From Haliotis rubra (lineage: Eukaryota), in the NCBI RefSeq assembly GCF_003918875.1, contig NW_025765003.1, positions 868,001 through 932,000 of the forward strand: 64,000 nt of DNA. The letters run 5' to 3'. Each line of letters opens with the position of its first letter. Position 1 is the first letter of the stretch. A program made the position numbers and the translations under genes. Shown piece by piece: positions 51,536-64,000 of this stretch. Under the pieces are notes generated by a model, which was not told the origin of the DNA, ran no database searches, and saw only the letters and a list, made by a program, of their open reading frames with translations.

Positions 51536-54500
51536 GCTTGCAACCCTGTAGGGATTCATGGACAAAGAGGGCCAGCAGTAGCCTCTGCTTGTCTCTCAGT
51601 GGGCGTCGGGGACAGAAAAGGCCCACAGTATCCTACATGTGTCTCCCAGTAGGGGTCGGGGACAGAAAAGGCCCACAGTATCCTATATTTGTCTCTCAGT
51701 GGGGTCGGGGAGAGAAAAGGTCAACAGTATCCGATGTTTGTCTTTCAGTGGGGTCGGGAACAGAAAAGGTCCACAGTATCCTATATTTGTCTCTCAGTGG
51801 GGGTCGGGGACAGAAAAGGTCCACAGTATCCTATATTTGTCTCCCAGTGGGGGTCGGGGACAGAAAAGGTCCACAGTATCCTATGTTTGTCTCTCAGTGG
51901 GGTCGGGGACAGAAAAGGTCCACAGTATCCTGTGTTTGTTTCTCAGTGGGGGTCGGGGACAGAAAAGGTCCACAGTATCCTCGGTTTCTCTCTCAGTGGG
52001 GTCGGGGACAGAAAAGGTCCACAGTATCCTATGTTTGTCTCTCAGTGGGGTCGGGGACAGAAAAGGTCCACAGTATCCTGTGTTTGTTTCTCAGTGGGGG
52101 TCGGGGACAGAAAAGGTCCACAGTATCCTCGGTTTCTCTCTCAGTGGGGATCGGGGACAGAAAAGGTCCACAGTCCTCAGTGGGGATCGGGGACAGAAAA
52201 GGTCCACAGTATCCTATGTAGGTCTCTCAGTGGGGGTCGGGGACAGAAAAGGTCCACAGTATCCTATGCTTGTCTCTCAGTGGAGGTTGGGGACAGAAAA
52301 GGTCCACAGTATCCTATGTTTGTCTCTCAGTGGGGGTCGGGGACAGAAAAGGTCCACAGTATCCTATGTTTGTCTCTCAGTGGAGGTCGGGGACAGAAAA
52401 GGTCCACAGTATCCTATGCTTGTCTCTCAGTGGGGGTCGGGGACAGAAACAGTCCACAGTATCCTATGTTTGTCTCTCGGTGGAGGTCGGGGAGAGAAAT
52501 GGTCCACAGTATCCCATGTTTGTCTCTCGGTTGGGGGCGGGGACAGAAATGGTCCACAGTATCCTATGTTGTCTCTCAGTGGAGGTCGGGGACAGAAAAG
52601 GTCCACAGTATCCTATGTTTGTCTCTCAGTGGGGTCGGGGACAGAAAAGGTCAACAGTATCCTGTGTTTGATTCTCAGTGGGGTCGGGGAGAGAAAAGGT
52701 CAACAGTATCCTATGTTTGTCTCTCAGTGGGGTCGGGGACAGAAAAGGCCCACAGTATCCTATATTTGTCTCTCAGTGGGGTCGGGGACAGAAAAGGTCC
52801 ACAGTATCCTATGTTTGTCTCTCAGTGGGGTCGGGGACAGAAAAGGTCCACAGTATCCTATGTTTGTCTCTCAGTGGGGTCGGGGACAGAAAAGGTCCAC
52901 AGTATCCTGTGTTTGTTTCTCAGTGGGGGTCGGGGAGGGAACGAAAACGTCCACAGTATCCTCGGTTTGTCTCTCAGTGGGGTCGGGGACAGAAAAGGTC
53001 CACAGTATCCTATGTTTGTCTCTCAGTGGGGTCGGGGACAGAAAAGGTCCACAGTATCCTCGGTTTCTCTCTCTCAGTGGGGATCGGGGACAGAAAAGGT
53101 CCACAGTCCTCAGTGGGGATCGGGGACAGAAAAGGTCCACAGTATCCTATGCTTGTCTCTCTCAGTGGAGGTTGGGGACAGAAAAGGTCCACAGTATCCT
53201 ATGTTTGTCTCCCAGTGGGGATCGGGGACAGAAACAGTCCACAGTATCCGATGTTTGTCTCTCAGTATGGGTCAGGGACTGAAAACGTCCACAGTATCCC
53301 ATGTTTGTCTCTCCAGTGGGGGTCGGGGACAGAAACAGTCCACAGTATCCGATGTTTGTCTCTCAGTGGGGGTCGGGGACAGAAAAGGTCCACAGTATCC
53401 TATGTTTGTCTCTCAGTGGGGGTCGGGGACAGAAATGGTCCACAGTATCCTATGCTTGTCTCCCAGTGGGGGTCGGGGACAGAAAAGGTCCACAGTATCC
53501 TATGTTGTCTCTCAGTGGGGGTCGGGGACAGAAAAGGTCCACAGTATCCTATGTTTGTCTCTCAGTGGGGTCGGGGACAGAAAAGGTCCACAGTATCCTA
53601 TGTTTGTCTCTCAGTGGGGGTCGGGGACAGAAAAGGTCCACAGTATCCTATGTTTGTCTCTCTCAGTGGGGTCGGGGACAGAAACAGTCCACAGTATCCT
53701 ATGTATGTTTGTCTCTCAGTGGGGTCGGGGACAGAAAAGGCCCACAGTATCCTATATTTGTCTCTCAGTGGGGTCGGGGAGAGAAAAGGTCAACAGTATC
53801 CTATGTTTGTCTCTCAGTGGGGTCGGGGACAGAAAAGGCCCACAGTATCCTATATTTGTCTCTCAGTGGGGTCGGGGACAGAAAAGGTCAACAGTATCCT
53901 ATGTTTGTCTCTCAGTGGGGTCGGGGACAGAAAAGGCCCACAGTATCCTATATTTGTCTCTCAGTGGGGTCGGGGAGAGAAAAGGTCAACAGTATCCGAT
54001 GTTTGTCTTTCAGTGGGGTCGGGAACAGAAAAGGTCCACAGTATCCTATATTTGTCTCTCAGTGGGGGTCGGGGACAGAAAAGGTCCACAGTATCCTATA
54101 TTTGTCTCCCAGTGGGGTCGGGGACAGAAAAGGTCCACAGTATCCTATGTTTGTCTCTCAGTGGGGTCGGGGACAGAAAAGGTCCACAGTATCCTGTGTT
54201 TGTTTCTCAGTGGGGGTCGGGGACAGAAAAGGTCCACAGTATCCTCGGTTTCTCTCTCAGTGGGGTCGGGGACAGAAAAGGTCCACAGTATCCTATGTTT
54301 GTCTCTCAGTGGGGTCGGGGACAGAAAAGGTCCACAGTATCCTGTGTTTGTTTCTCAGTGGGGGTCGGGGACAGAAAAGGTCCACAGTATCCTCGGTTTC
54401 TCTCTCAGTGGGGATCGGGGACAGAAAAGGTCCACAGTCCTCAGTGGGGATCGGGGACAGAAAAGGTCCACAGTATCCTATGCTTGTCTCTCAGTGGAGG

Positions 54501-55510
54501 TTGGGGACAGAAAAGGTCCACAGTATCCTATGTTTGTCTCCCAGTGGGGATCGGGGACAGAAACAGTCCACAGTATCCGATGTTTGTCTCTCAGTATGGG
54601 TCGGGGACTGAAAACGTCCACAGTATCCCATGTTTGTCTCTCAGTGGAGGTCGGGGACAGAAACAGTCCACAGTATCCGATGTTTGTCTCTCAGTGGGGG
54701 TCGGGGACAGAAAAGGTCCACAGTATCCTATGTTTGTCTCTCAGTGGGGGTCGGGGACAGAAATGGTCCACAGTATCCTATGCTTGTCTCCCAGTGGGGG
54801 TCGGGGACAGAAAAGGTCCACAGTATCCTATGTTGTCTCTCGGTGGAGGTCGGGGAGAGAAAAGGTCCACAGTATCCAATGTTTGTCTCTCAGTGGGGGT
54901 CGGGGACAGAAAAGGTCCACAGTATCCCATGTTTGTCTCTCAGTGGGGGTCGGGGACAGAAAAGGTCCACAGTATCCCATGTTTGTCTCTGCAGTGGGGG
55001 TCGGGGACAGAAACAGTCCACAGTATCCGATGTTTGTCTCTCAGTATGGGTCGGGGACTGAAAACGTCCACAGTATCCCATGTTTGTCTCTCAGTGGAGG
55101 TCGGGGACAGAAACAGTCCACAGTATCCGATGTTTGTCTCTCAGTGGGGGTCGGGGACAGAAAAGGTCCACAGTATCCCATGTTTGTCTCTCAGTGGGGG
55201 TCGGGGACAGAAAAGGTCCACAGTATCCTATGTTTGTCTCTCAGTGGGGGTCGGGGACAGAAAAGGTCCACAGTATCCTATGTTTGTCTCTCAGTATGGG
55301 TCGGGGACAGAACACGTCCACAGTATCCCATGTTTTGATTCTCAGTGGGGGTCGGGGACAGAGAAGGTCCACAGTATCCGATGTTTGTCTCTCAGTATGG
55401 GTCGGGGACAGAAAAGGTCCACACTATCCTATGCTTGCAACCCTGTTGGGATTCAGGGACGAAAAGGGCCAATAGTAGCCCCTGCTTGTCTCCCAGTGGG
55501 GATTCGGGCA
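51536..55510. repeat. 49/50-bp satellite (cagtgggg(g)tcggggacagaaaaggtccacagtatcctatgtttgtctct)
   Basis: About 80 monomers, bracketed by the same diverged unit gcttgcaaccctgt.gggattca (51536, 55433). Internal higher-order duplication at ~51660 and ~53925. Confidence 0.97.
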
Positions 55511-56702
55511 CATCAGAGAACCCCAGTACATGTATTGTGCGTGCGTGCGTGCGTGTGTGTGCCTACGTACGTGTGCGTGCGTTACTGTTCTTTAAATGAA
55601 TGGACCTTTCTCAGCGTTCAATATGTTTATTACAATTATAACACCGTCAGATAGAAAGCATCCGGTCCCGTTCTGCCCTATAACTATCTTTTATAATTGA
55701 AACAACAATGTGTGATCGTCCTTGACCTATTCCTGAATCTCTTAGAAAAGGAAATGTTGGTTAGAAGTTAGACATGAGCTGCAATGTTCTCCCAACATCA
55801 AATAATATCCATCTGAGAGTAGAACTTATTACCTCTTTCAAACAGTAAATTATGTCGAACGTATTTCAGCTTTTAGCAGCATCAAAGCAACCGGGCATTG
55901 TAGCATCACCACGCGTAGAACGTACACACCACTCCCTGAACCCGCTAACCATTCACTACAGCTTGTCGCTGCTCGAGCAGAAACACACTGGGTCCACTGA
56001 TCGATCGTTCACAAATGGACTTTCAATGTTGACAGCGATTTTATGAGAGCTTCACTGCTTTCATGCACCAATTTGATTGCTTGTCAATCTGTTTCAGAAA
56101 ATAATCATGCGATTAATTTCCATAACAACAAAGGCAAAATATTTTCAGATTACAGTTGTTGCTTTTTTTTGGTCATCCTTAAAGAATGTTTAAAAAACAG
56201 GCACCCAACAGTACCTCAGACGCGCGACTGAAAGAGGTACGGTCAAAGGGAAGTAACTCTATATCACCACCGCCGCTTCTATTTGTTGAACGAGCTCGTC
56301 ACGCAAACACAAACAAACGAAGAGTTTCGTTACAGCAGCAGGCCTTTCCACAACTGATATCGATATTTTGTAAGTAGGGGCATCCTTTTGAACAGTAAAA
56401 TGTCCCGAAACTGTTCAAATGTCCGGTGACCGCTTTTGTTTGTTTGTAAGCGTGTCAGAACGTGGTGGTTTAAATGTTTTAAATGTCCAATTTGTCATTC
56501 AGTTCACGACCTGAGGTGAACTTTTGACCAGATGCACAGTTGATACTGAGTCGGACCGGATGATCAGAATGACAGACAAACACCAACTGACTCACAATGC
56601 CACACTAGAGACACTCTATAAAACGGTCACCTTGATAATGAGGACCACCATATCTGTTAACGTGAGAGAAGTGTGACTGAATAATTCTCAGCTTGAATTT
56701 GA

Positions 56703-56899
56703 TTTGTTTGTTTCTTTAACGCCCGACCCTGCAATATTCCCGCTATATGACGGCGGTCTGTTAATACTCGAGTCTGGACCAGACAATCCAGTGATAGGCA
56801 TCATGGGCATCGATCTAAGCAATTGGGATACGATGACGTGTCGACCAATTCAGCGAGTCTGTCCACCCGATCCCGTTAGTCGCCTCTTACGATAAGCAT
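56703..56899 (-). mobile_element. SINE-B lacking the pseudoknot part of the head
   Basis: Reverse-complement match from the aaac tail to atgcttatcgtaagaggcgactaacggg. Confidence 0.85.
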
Positions 56900-57829
56900 T
56901 AGTGGTGGTCCGATTAATTGAAATAATCGAAGATTGGTCGCAGTGACTTAACGACCAAGCAATCGATCATGTTTTCTCATAATCGAACGCAAACAATTCT
57001 GGAACACTTGTTTGCATTAACAATATTTTTCATAAGGTTGGTTTTGTCTGTTACATTTCATGAGTGCTACAAGCTCGTTCCAAGTCATGGTTGAATTTAT
57101 CTTCAAGACTCCAAGAAATTAGTGTTCCTAACCTACTAGTCATCCTATAAAGATGTGAAATTTGCCAATGCCTTTTGTGCAATTTGCAAAAACACCAAAG
57201 AACTACAGGGTTTTTTCTTTATTTTTTTTGTCCATTAACAAAAATAATCAGGAAAATTTAATAAATGACGCTAACCAATTATTTTCGATGATTGATCAGT
57301 TGTAATGAACCAATCATCAATTATGAGATTTTGACCAAATCCAATCCGATTTTGTATATTATTCTTGTTTCTGAGTTCATATGTAATCGACCAAGTTGTA
57401 TGTCAAATATATTTGTTTTCAACAACAGAAGATGTTCATCCTCTACTGAACATACAAATCAACAGATACAAAATTCACACGTACGACTCATTGTTGTTTT
57501 ACGCCGCAGTCAGCAATAGACGTCGAGTCGTAACATCTCCTGGCTCTCAGTTAAGATTCACAAAAACAGAAAACTGTTGCCAAGCTCCGTTCTGTTCCGG
57601 TATTCTCCAGAGTATCATGTCTTCAGTGAAATTTTATTTTTATAAAAACATTCATCTTGGACCAGTCCGCCACATTAGTTTCTTTTCAGCGTTATGCCAT
57701 CACCTTTAGCACAATACATTGACAGACATTCTCTCTCATCCATCGGCATAATTTCATGAATTGGTTATACTAAGCGTACTGTCTTTGGAATCCTGCTCAA
57801 AACGAACACATCCGGGGTACTTATCAGGG

Positions 57830-58005
57830 TGGGTGAGTGAGTGGTTGGGAGAGGGAGGCAGCGAAGCTTTACGCCGTTTTAAAAATATTCCTGCAATATC
57901 ACGGAGGGGTACCCCAGATATGGACTTCACACATTGTGGGTAATTGAACCCGGCTCTTCGGCGTGATAAGCGAATACTTAAACAACTAGCCCATTCCACC
58001 TTCCC
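57830..58005 (-). mobile_element. Diverged SINE-A
   Basis: tttacgccgttt..aatattcctgcaatatcacgg..gaacccggctcttcggcgtga. Confidence 0.8.
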
Positions 58006-58196
58006 CGTAACCTATGCATGGGAGGAACCCTTATTACTCAGGTTTCCATTATTCAATATGTGTGCCATAAGTACCGGTCAGTCACAATTGTGGTCTAATT
58101 GTGTATCTCAACGATGGAGGAAATAACTGCTGGGCTCGTCATATTATGAAACTTTTATGATATCATGATGTTTACAGAGTTCATTTTCTTGTTGTA

Positions 58197-58442
58197 ACCC
58201 GTGAAGATCCGGGTTAGAATTGATCTTCAGTAATCAATGATTGTCGTAAGAGGTGACTAACGGGATCGGGTGGTCAGGCTCGCTGACTTGGTTGACACAT
58301 GTCATCGTATCCCAACTGCGTAGATCGATGCTCTTGCTGTTGATCACTGTATTGTCTGGTCCACACTCTATTATTTACAGACTGTCCCCATATAGCTGGA
58401 TTATTGCTGAGTTCGGCGTAAAACTAAACTCACTCACTCACT
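58197..58442 (+). mobile_element. SINE-B, full length
   Basis: Head stem gaagatc/gatcttc, (actc)n tail, short TSD ttgtaa. Confidence 0.92.
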
Positions 58443-59129
58443 CCTTGTAATACAGAGGCGTGTAAGTATTTTCGTGATGGATATTTTATGAACGCATCTC
58501 TCTTTTCGTTCATTCATCTTATGAAGGGTGTGTTATTCAAACATTTATGACGATCATCTATATTTTACAATATTTATGTTCGGCAGCACGTGCTATAAAA
58601 ATCACTTTATTGATATACGCAGAATATATTGAGTATGTCATGGATTGGACGCAACCAGCTCAGCGGCCTTCGAGTCAATCACAGTGGAAGGGAAGCAACT
58701 CTGTCCGACGGCGTCAACAGTCCGTTTGATTTCATTTGAGACAGATGAATTACTGACTAACACAAAATCTAATAATTGCAACAAAACCAAATTTTGAAAA
58801 GTCACGTGAAATCGACAGACAGTACCTAACTCGGGAAATCATGTTTCAGTGAATGCACATGAAAAGCTGATCTGTTTTTATGGGTAAGTCTGCATGGGTA
58901 AGGGTATTTTTTCATCGGAGCATAAATTTCATCGGCGGGGGAAAATGAAACAATATTTTTTTTTTATTATTTCACGTAGGAACGAAAACTTAGGGCGGAC
59001 GGGATGGAAACACTGAACAAATACCAACAATCCCGATAGTACCTAAGCGTTTAGTTGTGAAATAGTACTTTAGTATTCTTCTTTATTTCTGAACTGTAGG
59101 CCAGAGGCCCGTAGTACACGTAAAAACAG

Positions 59130-59728
59130 TTATAATGGGTGAGTGGTACAAGCGCGTTTGCGTTTTAACAGTGCATGGTGTATAAACATAGCAATATTCT
59201 GAAGGAGCCGTACATTTTCGGTTGACATTAGTATACAGAATTTGGAAGATGTGGGACAGGACGTATACTTAGGTATATAATAGCTCCTTAGATCTACTGT
59301 GGACAGATGAGAAGGACATGGTATTCGTCTTCAGTCATATCCCTGTCACACATTTTGCAGGATTGGTTCTCAGTAGCATGACATATTCTTTTAAAATCAT
59401 AATAAACACATCGAAACTGCGATAACTATACTCTTAATTTCCTTATATTTACAACTGTTAAATACTGTTCACACATAAAATGTTGTTTAAACAAAGAATA
59501 CGAATCTGAACATTTCCAGTTTGAATATTTCTGGTCCGCTCTTGCTGAAAGCAATCCTTACATCTTTGTTGAACAATGGATAAAAAAGCTGTATCATGCC
59601 AAACTCCCTGTCCAACCCATGCATATCCAAGACCAAGTTGGAACAATGTATTTTATATTAACATAGCCCAGTTATGTTTAATTCTAGCCTCACTTGCATT
59701 TCAACCAAATACAGTAACATTTATAAAC
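59130..59728 (-). pseudogene. LINE ORF2 C-terminal remnant (RTE-X-like, CCHC knuckle)
   Basis: NWA..LFQLGLGYAWVGQGV..FLSIVQQRCKDCFQQE, then CKMCDRDMTEDEYHVLLICP. Confidence 0.8.
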
Positions 59729-59873
59729 CAATTGAAGGTTTAATTGTAGCAAACTAAAGTTCACTAAAATCACCGTAAAATACGGTGAAATAAGTATGGC
59801 TGCCGGGGTCGTTACAACAGACAGACAACACAATTCACTTGCATTTCAACCAAATACAGTAACATTTATAAAC

Positions 59874-60582
59874 TTGCTCCAATTAAAGTTTCATCATCAT
59901 ACAATTACCTTGGTATGCTATTTACTAGTAATCTCACTTGGCAGGCATCTATAAACAATCTCACTCTAAAGCTAAGAAGGCTATCATAACTGTTCAGCAT
60001 TGTTTAAGTTTGAAAGTCTCTCATATGAACTATATTATAAAATCTTTGACACTAAAATCCTGCCAGTTGTATTGTATGGTTCTGAGGTATGGGTGAGTGA
60101 GTGAGTGAGTTTAGTTTTACGCCGCACTCAGCAATATTCCAGCTATATGGCGGCGGTCTGTAAATAATCGAGTCTGGACCAGACAATCCAGTGATCAACA
60201 GCATGAGCATCGATCTGCGCAATTGGGAACCGATGACATTTGTCAACCAAGTCAGCGAAACTGACCACCCGATCCCGTTAGTCGCCTCTTACGACAAGAT
60301 AGTCGCCTTGTTATGGCAAGCACATGGGTTGCTGAAGACCTATTCTACCCCGGATCTTCACGGGTCTCTGAGGTATGGGGTATTCAAAGGTTTAAAAGCA
60401 TTTAAAATATACAGTTGCAAGCATGTAAACGTTTTCTGGACATCTGCAGATCAACAGCTAGTGATACTGTATTAGGTGAATGCGGAAGATACCCAATCTA
60501 TATCTTGGCACTGAAACGTTCTGTCTTATATTGGTTAAAAGTCATCTTAATGCGTTCTCACCGCTCTACCTTAAAAGCCTAC
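59874..60582 (+). pseudogene. LINE ORF2 remnant (post-RT region), duplicated at ~60926-61525
   Basis: YNYLGMLF..IFDTKILPVVLYGSEVWG..QACKRFL..VLGECGRYPI..YWLKV..KAY. Confidence 0.85.
60094..60366 (-). mobile_element. SINE-B (duplicated-hairpin subfamily); tail-less duplicate at 61131-61309
   Basis: 13-bp TSD tctgaggtatggg at 60081-60093 and 60367-60379. Confidence 0.94.
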
Positions 60583-61920
60583 TTTAGTATTCAAACACAA
60601 ACAAAGCGATGCGATGCGAAAAATGTATGTGTGTAAATTCACTGAGTATTCTCTATGCATCTCGTCATAAATATCGCACCACCCACTTTTTTCACAGAGT
60701 AAAACTGGATCTATAACCTCATAAAATGGTGCTTAGAAAGCACATTAAACTGTTTAGATGGCCTCATGTGAGCGTTCAAGTCAGAAAATTGACAACACAA
60801 GACCGAATTTAAGCACTAATTGAAGGTTTAATTGTAGCAAACTAAAGTTCACTTAAATCACAGTAAAATAAGGTGAAATAAGTATGGCTGCCGGGGTCGT
60901 TACAACAGACACACAACACAATTCATTTATAAACTTGCTCCAATTAAAGTTTCATCATCATACAATTACCTTGGTATGCTATTTACTAGTAATCTCACAT
61001 GGCAGGCATCTATAAACAATCTGACTCTAAAGCTAAGAAGGCTCTCATAACTGTTCAGCATTGTTTAAGTTTGAAAGTCTCTCATATGAACTATATTATA
61101 AAATCTTTGACACTAAAATCCTGCCAGTTGTCAGTGATCAACAGCATGAGCATCGATCTGCGCAATTGGGAACCGATGACATTTGTCAACCAAGTCAGCG
61201 AAACTGACCACCCGATCCCGTTAGTCGCCTCTTACGACAAGATAGTCGCCTTGTTATGGCAAGCACATGGGTTGCTGAAGACCTATTCTACCCCGGATCT
61301 TCACGGGTCTCTGAGGTATGGGGTATTCAAAGGTTTAAAAGCATTTAAAATATACAGTTGCAAGCATGTAAACGTTTTCTGGACATCTGCAGATCAACAG
61401 CTAGTGATACTGTATTAGGTGAATGCGGAAGATACCCAATCTATATCTTGGCACTGAAACGTTCTGTCTTATATTGGTTAAAAGTCATCTTAATGCGTTC
61501 TCACCGCTCTACCTTAAAAGCCTACTTTAGTATTCAAACACAAACAAAGCGATGCGATGCGAAAAATGTATGTGTGTAAATTCACTGAGTATTCTCTATG
61601 CATCTCGTCATAAATATCGCACCACCCACTTTTTTCACAGAGTAAAACTGGATCTATAACCTCATAAAAATGGTGCTTAGAAAAGCACATTAAACTGTTT
61701 AGATGGCCTCATGTGAGCGTTCAAGTCAGAAAATTGACAACACAAGACCGAATTTAAGCACTAATTGAAGGTTTAATTGTAGCAAACTAAAGTTCACTTA
61801 AATCACAGTAAAATAAGGTGAAATAAGTATGGCTGCCGGGGTCGTTACAACAGACACACAACACAATTCACATTTTATTAATGTTGAACACACTAGTAAG
61901 GTCCACAATGACTGGGTAAC

Positions 61921-62928
61921 TCAGAATCTGGTGTAACCGCCTCACACTTGGATGACATTTTCTACACGCCGTCTCATGCTGGCCACCAGACGTCTGATTC
62001 TCTGTTGGGGGGATCTGATGCCACTCATCATGCAATGCATGGGTCAATTCCTGAAGGTTCTAAACTGGAGGGTCCCTTGCTCTCGTTCTATGTCCCAAAA
62101 TGTCCAACAAATGCTCGATAGGAATCGTGTCTGGACTTCTGGCTGGCCATGGTAGTGTCTCAATTACGTTGGGTTGGAAATGCTGAACAGCTCTAGCACG
62201 ATGTGGTCTGGCATTATCGTCCATGAAGACTGGGCGTGTGTCGAGAGCATGGTTATCGAAATGAGGCACGACAGCTCCGTCCAGGATCAAGTTCTGGTAC
62301 CTCTGTCCATTCAGTGCCACGGGAACTATGATGTCAAGTTTACAGTCATAGGAACAACACCCCACACCATGAGGGATCCACCCCCCAAATGGAACTTCAG
62401 CTTGAAATGTTCTTCTGATCATATGCTGTGCCTCTCTGTCTCCAAACTCGTGACCTCCCGTCTGTATCGGCTTTCATCGGACCAGTGGATCCTTCTCCAT
62501 GACCTCAGGTTCCAGCGAGCACGTGCTTGGCACCAGGCTAAACGGGCATGGCGGTGCTGATTTGTGAGCAGTGGACGTCTGATTGGTCGTCTTGCTCTCA
62601 ATCCTGCAGAATTCAGGCGTCGTCTGATGGTGCTGGTGGACACTTTGTTGTATGGATGCCATCCATGTCGCAGCTATGTACAAGTAGACACTGGGCTTCG
62701 TCTGGCATGGTGTACGAGAGCACGATCTTCCCTGTCATTGGTTTTTCTGGGACGTCCAGACCTCGGTGCATCTTTCATTTCACCGGAAGCAGTATGCTTA
62801 CGTATCAGCCTGCTGATGACAGTGTGATTAATGTTCAGTTGTGCTCCAATAGCACGACATGACATACCAGTTTGGTGCATACCAATAATTTGCCATATTT
62901 GGTTCAGAGGCACTGGACGCTTGGGCAT
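61921..62928 (-). pseudogene. Tc1-family transposase pseudogene (element ~61580-63060)
   Basis: HTH N-terminus, RSGRPRK, WSDES, MDDNARPH...WPARSPDTIPIEHL (33 residues between D and E here, DD34E-like), GGYTRF*. Internal stops and frameshifts. Confidence 0.93.
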
Positions 62929-63062
62929 TTCACTGGTTGGTCACAATAAAGCTTAATTTATGCCTACAATCAAATTTTAGCTGTGTCTACCAACACAACA
63001 TACGCCAAAAGGGGCTATGTGCATACTGCATTTATAGCAAACCGACTCCCGGAACATTCATA

Positions 63063-64000
63063 CTTTTATTTATTTTATTTTTTATTCATTTCAGATAGGT
63101 ATACAAAGACAGTGAGTACACAACTCCATGTTAGGGCTGGTTACATATTGGCAACAAAGAGTTACCAAAATTCAAAGTAAGAAAATATAGTTACTAGTAT
63201 ACAAAGTCAGGGAGTGCACGACTCCAGCAGCAAACTTCATGGGTTACAGGCATGCTTGAGCTAGTTATACATCAGCAACAAAGATTTACTAATTTCGAAG
63301 TGTTGAAACATAGGTACACAAAGTCAGGGAGTGCATCACTCCAGCAACATACTCCATGGGTTACAGGCATGTAAGAGCTGGTTATACATCAGCAACAAAG
63401 AGTTCAAATATAGGTATACAAAATCAGGGAGTACACTACTCCAGTTGCAAACTCCATGGGTAAGGCACTTGGAGCTGGTTATACATTGGCAACAACAAGT
63501 TACAAATTTTCAGAGTGTGAAAGTATAGTAACAAAAGTCGGGGAGGACATGACTCCAGCGACAAACTCATGGGTTACCTGCATGTTGACAAGAGAGAGTT
63601 ACTAATTTCAAAGTTTGAAAGGATGGGTATAGAAAGACAAAGTGCAAACCTCCAGCAGCAAACTCATGGGTCATAGGCATGTTGGAGCTGATTATTTATT
63701 GGCCCAGAGACTTGCAGATTTTCAAAGTTCGAAATAAAGCTATTAGCTATAAAGTTTTTCTTAGCTATGTATTTTTCGACAAATACAATATTCTGTATTA
63801 TTTTCAGAAATCCTGACATTTGCGGCTGTCTGTTGTTTATACTTGAGACATATATGAATCGTTTCCCAGCGAGAATAATGTTGTTAATAATATCATAGCC
63901 AGTTTTAAGTCCCAACAGGATTTTTGAAATCTAAGAGTACAATGTCAATGCTAAAAGGGTTTTTAATAAAAATCCTTACTTCACTCCAGAACATCTGTAC
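63063..64000 (-). mobile_element. 3' end of an L1/Tx1-type LINE inserted in the Tc1 5' region
   Basis: LLG..INNIILAGKRFIY..P..FL..EKYIA C-terminal pattern. 3' UTR with ~100-115 bp tandem units. A-rich tail, seen as ttttatttattttattttttatt on +. Confidence 0.75.

Noticed and set aside
51460-55654. ORFs of 253-1321 aa
   Set aside because: Translations of a 49/50-bp satellite. All three frames give the same rotating peptides, with no domain.

Overview
Repeat-rich, AT-rich animal genomic DNA with a 153-N assembly gap at 14874-15026. It is probably molluscan and Haliotis-like, an inference from remembered repeat families and not verified. No intact protein-coding gene is visible. The long ORFs in the track are read-throughs of tandem repeats. 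About one third of the window is a dozen unrelated minisatellite or satellite arrays with 24-52 bp monomers. The rest holds many copies of two short retroposons that share a 3' tail: a tRNA-headed SINE (here SINE-A) and a ~250-bp element (here SINE-B). There are also several MITEs, decayed mariner and Tc1 transposase genes, two LINE remnants and local inverted or tandem duplications. The most interesting signal is the ~75-nt 5' head of SINE-B. It is not tRNA-like and folds into a pseudoknot plus hairpin inside a closing stem, with compensatory changes between copies. Other leads are a degenerate HDV-like ribozyme fold at 3729-3822, a possible lone exon whose acceptor was duplicated by a SINE insertion, TALE/Hox motif clusters and a complex LINE/Tc1 rearrangement.
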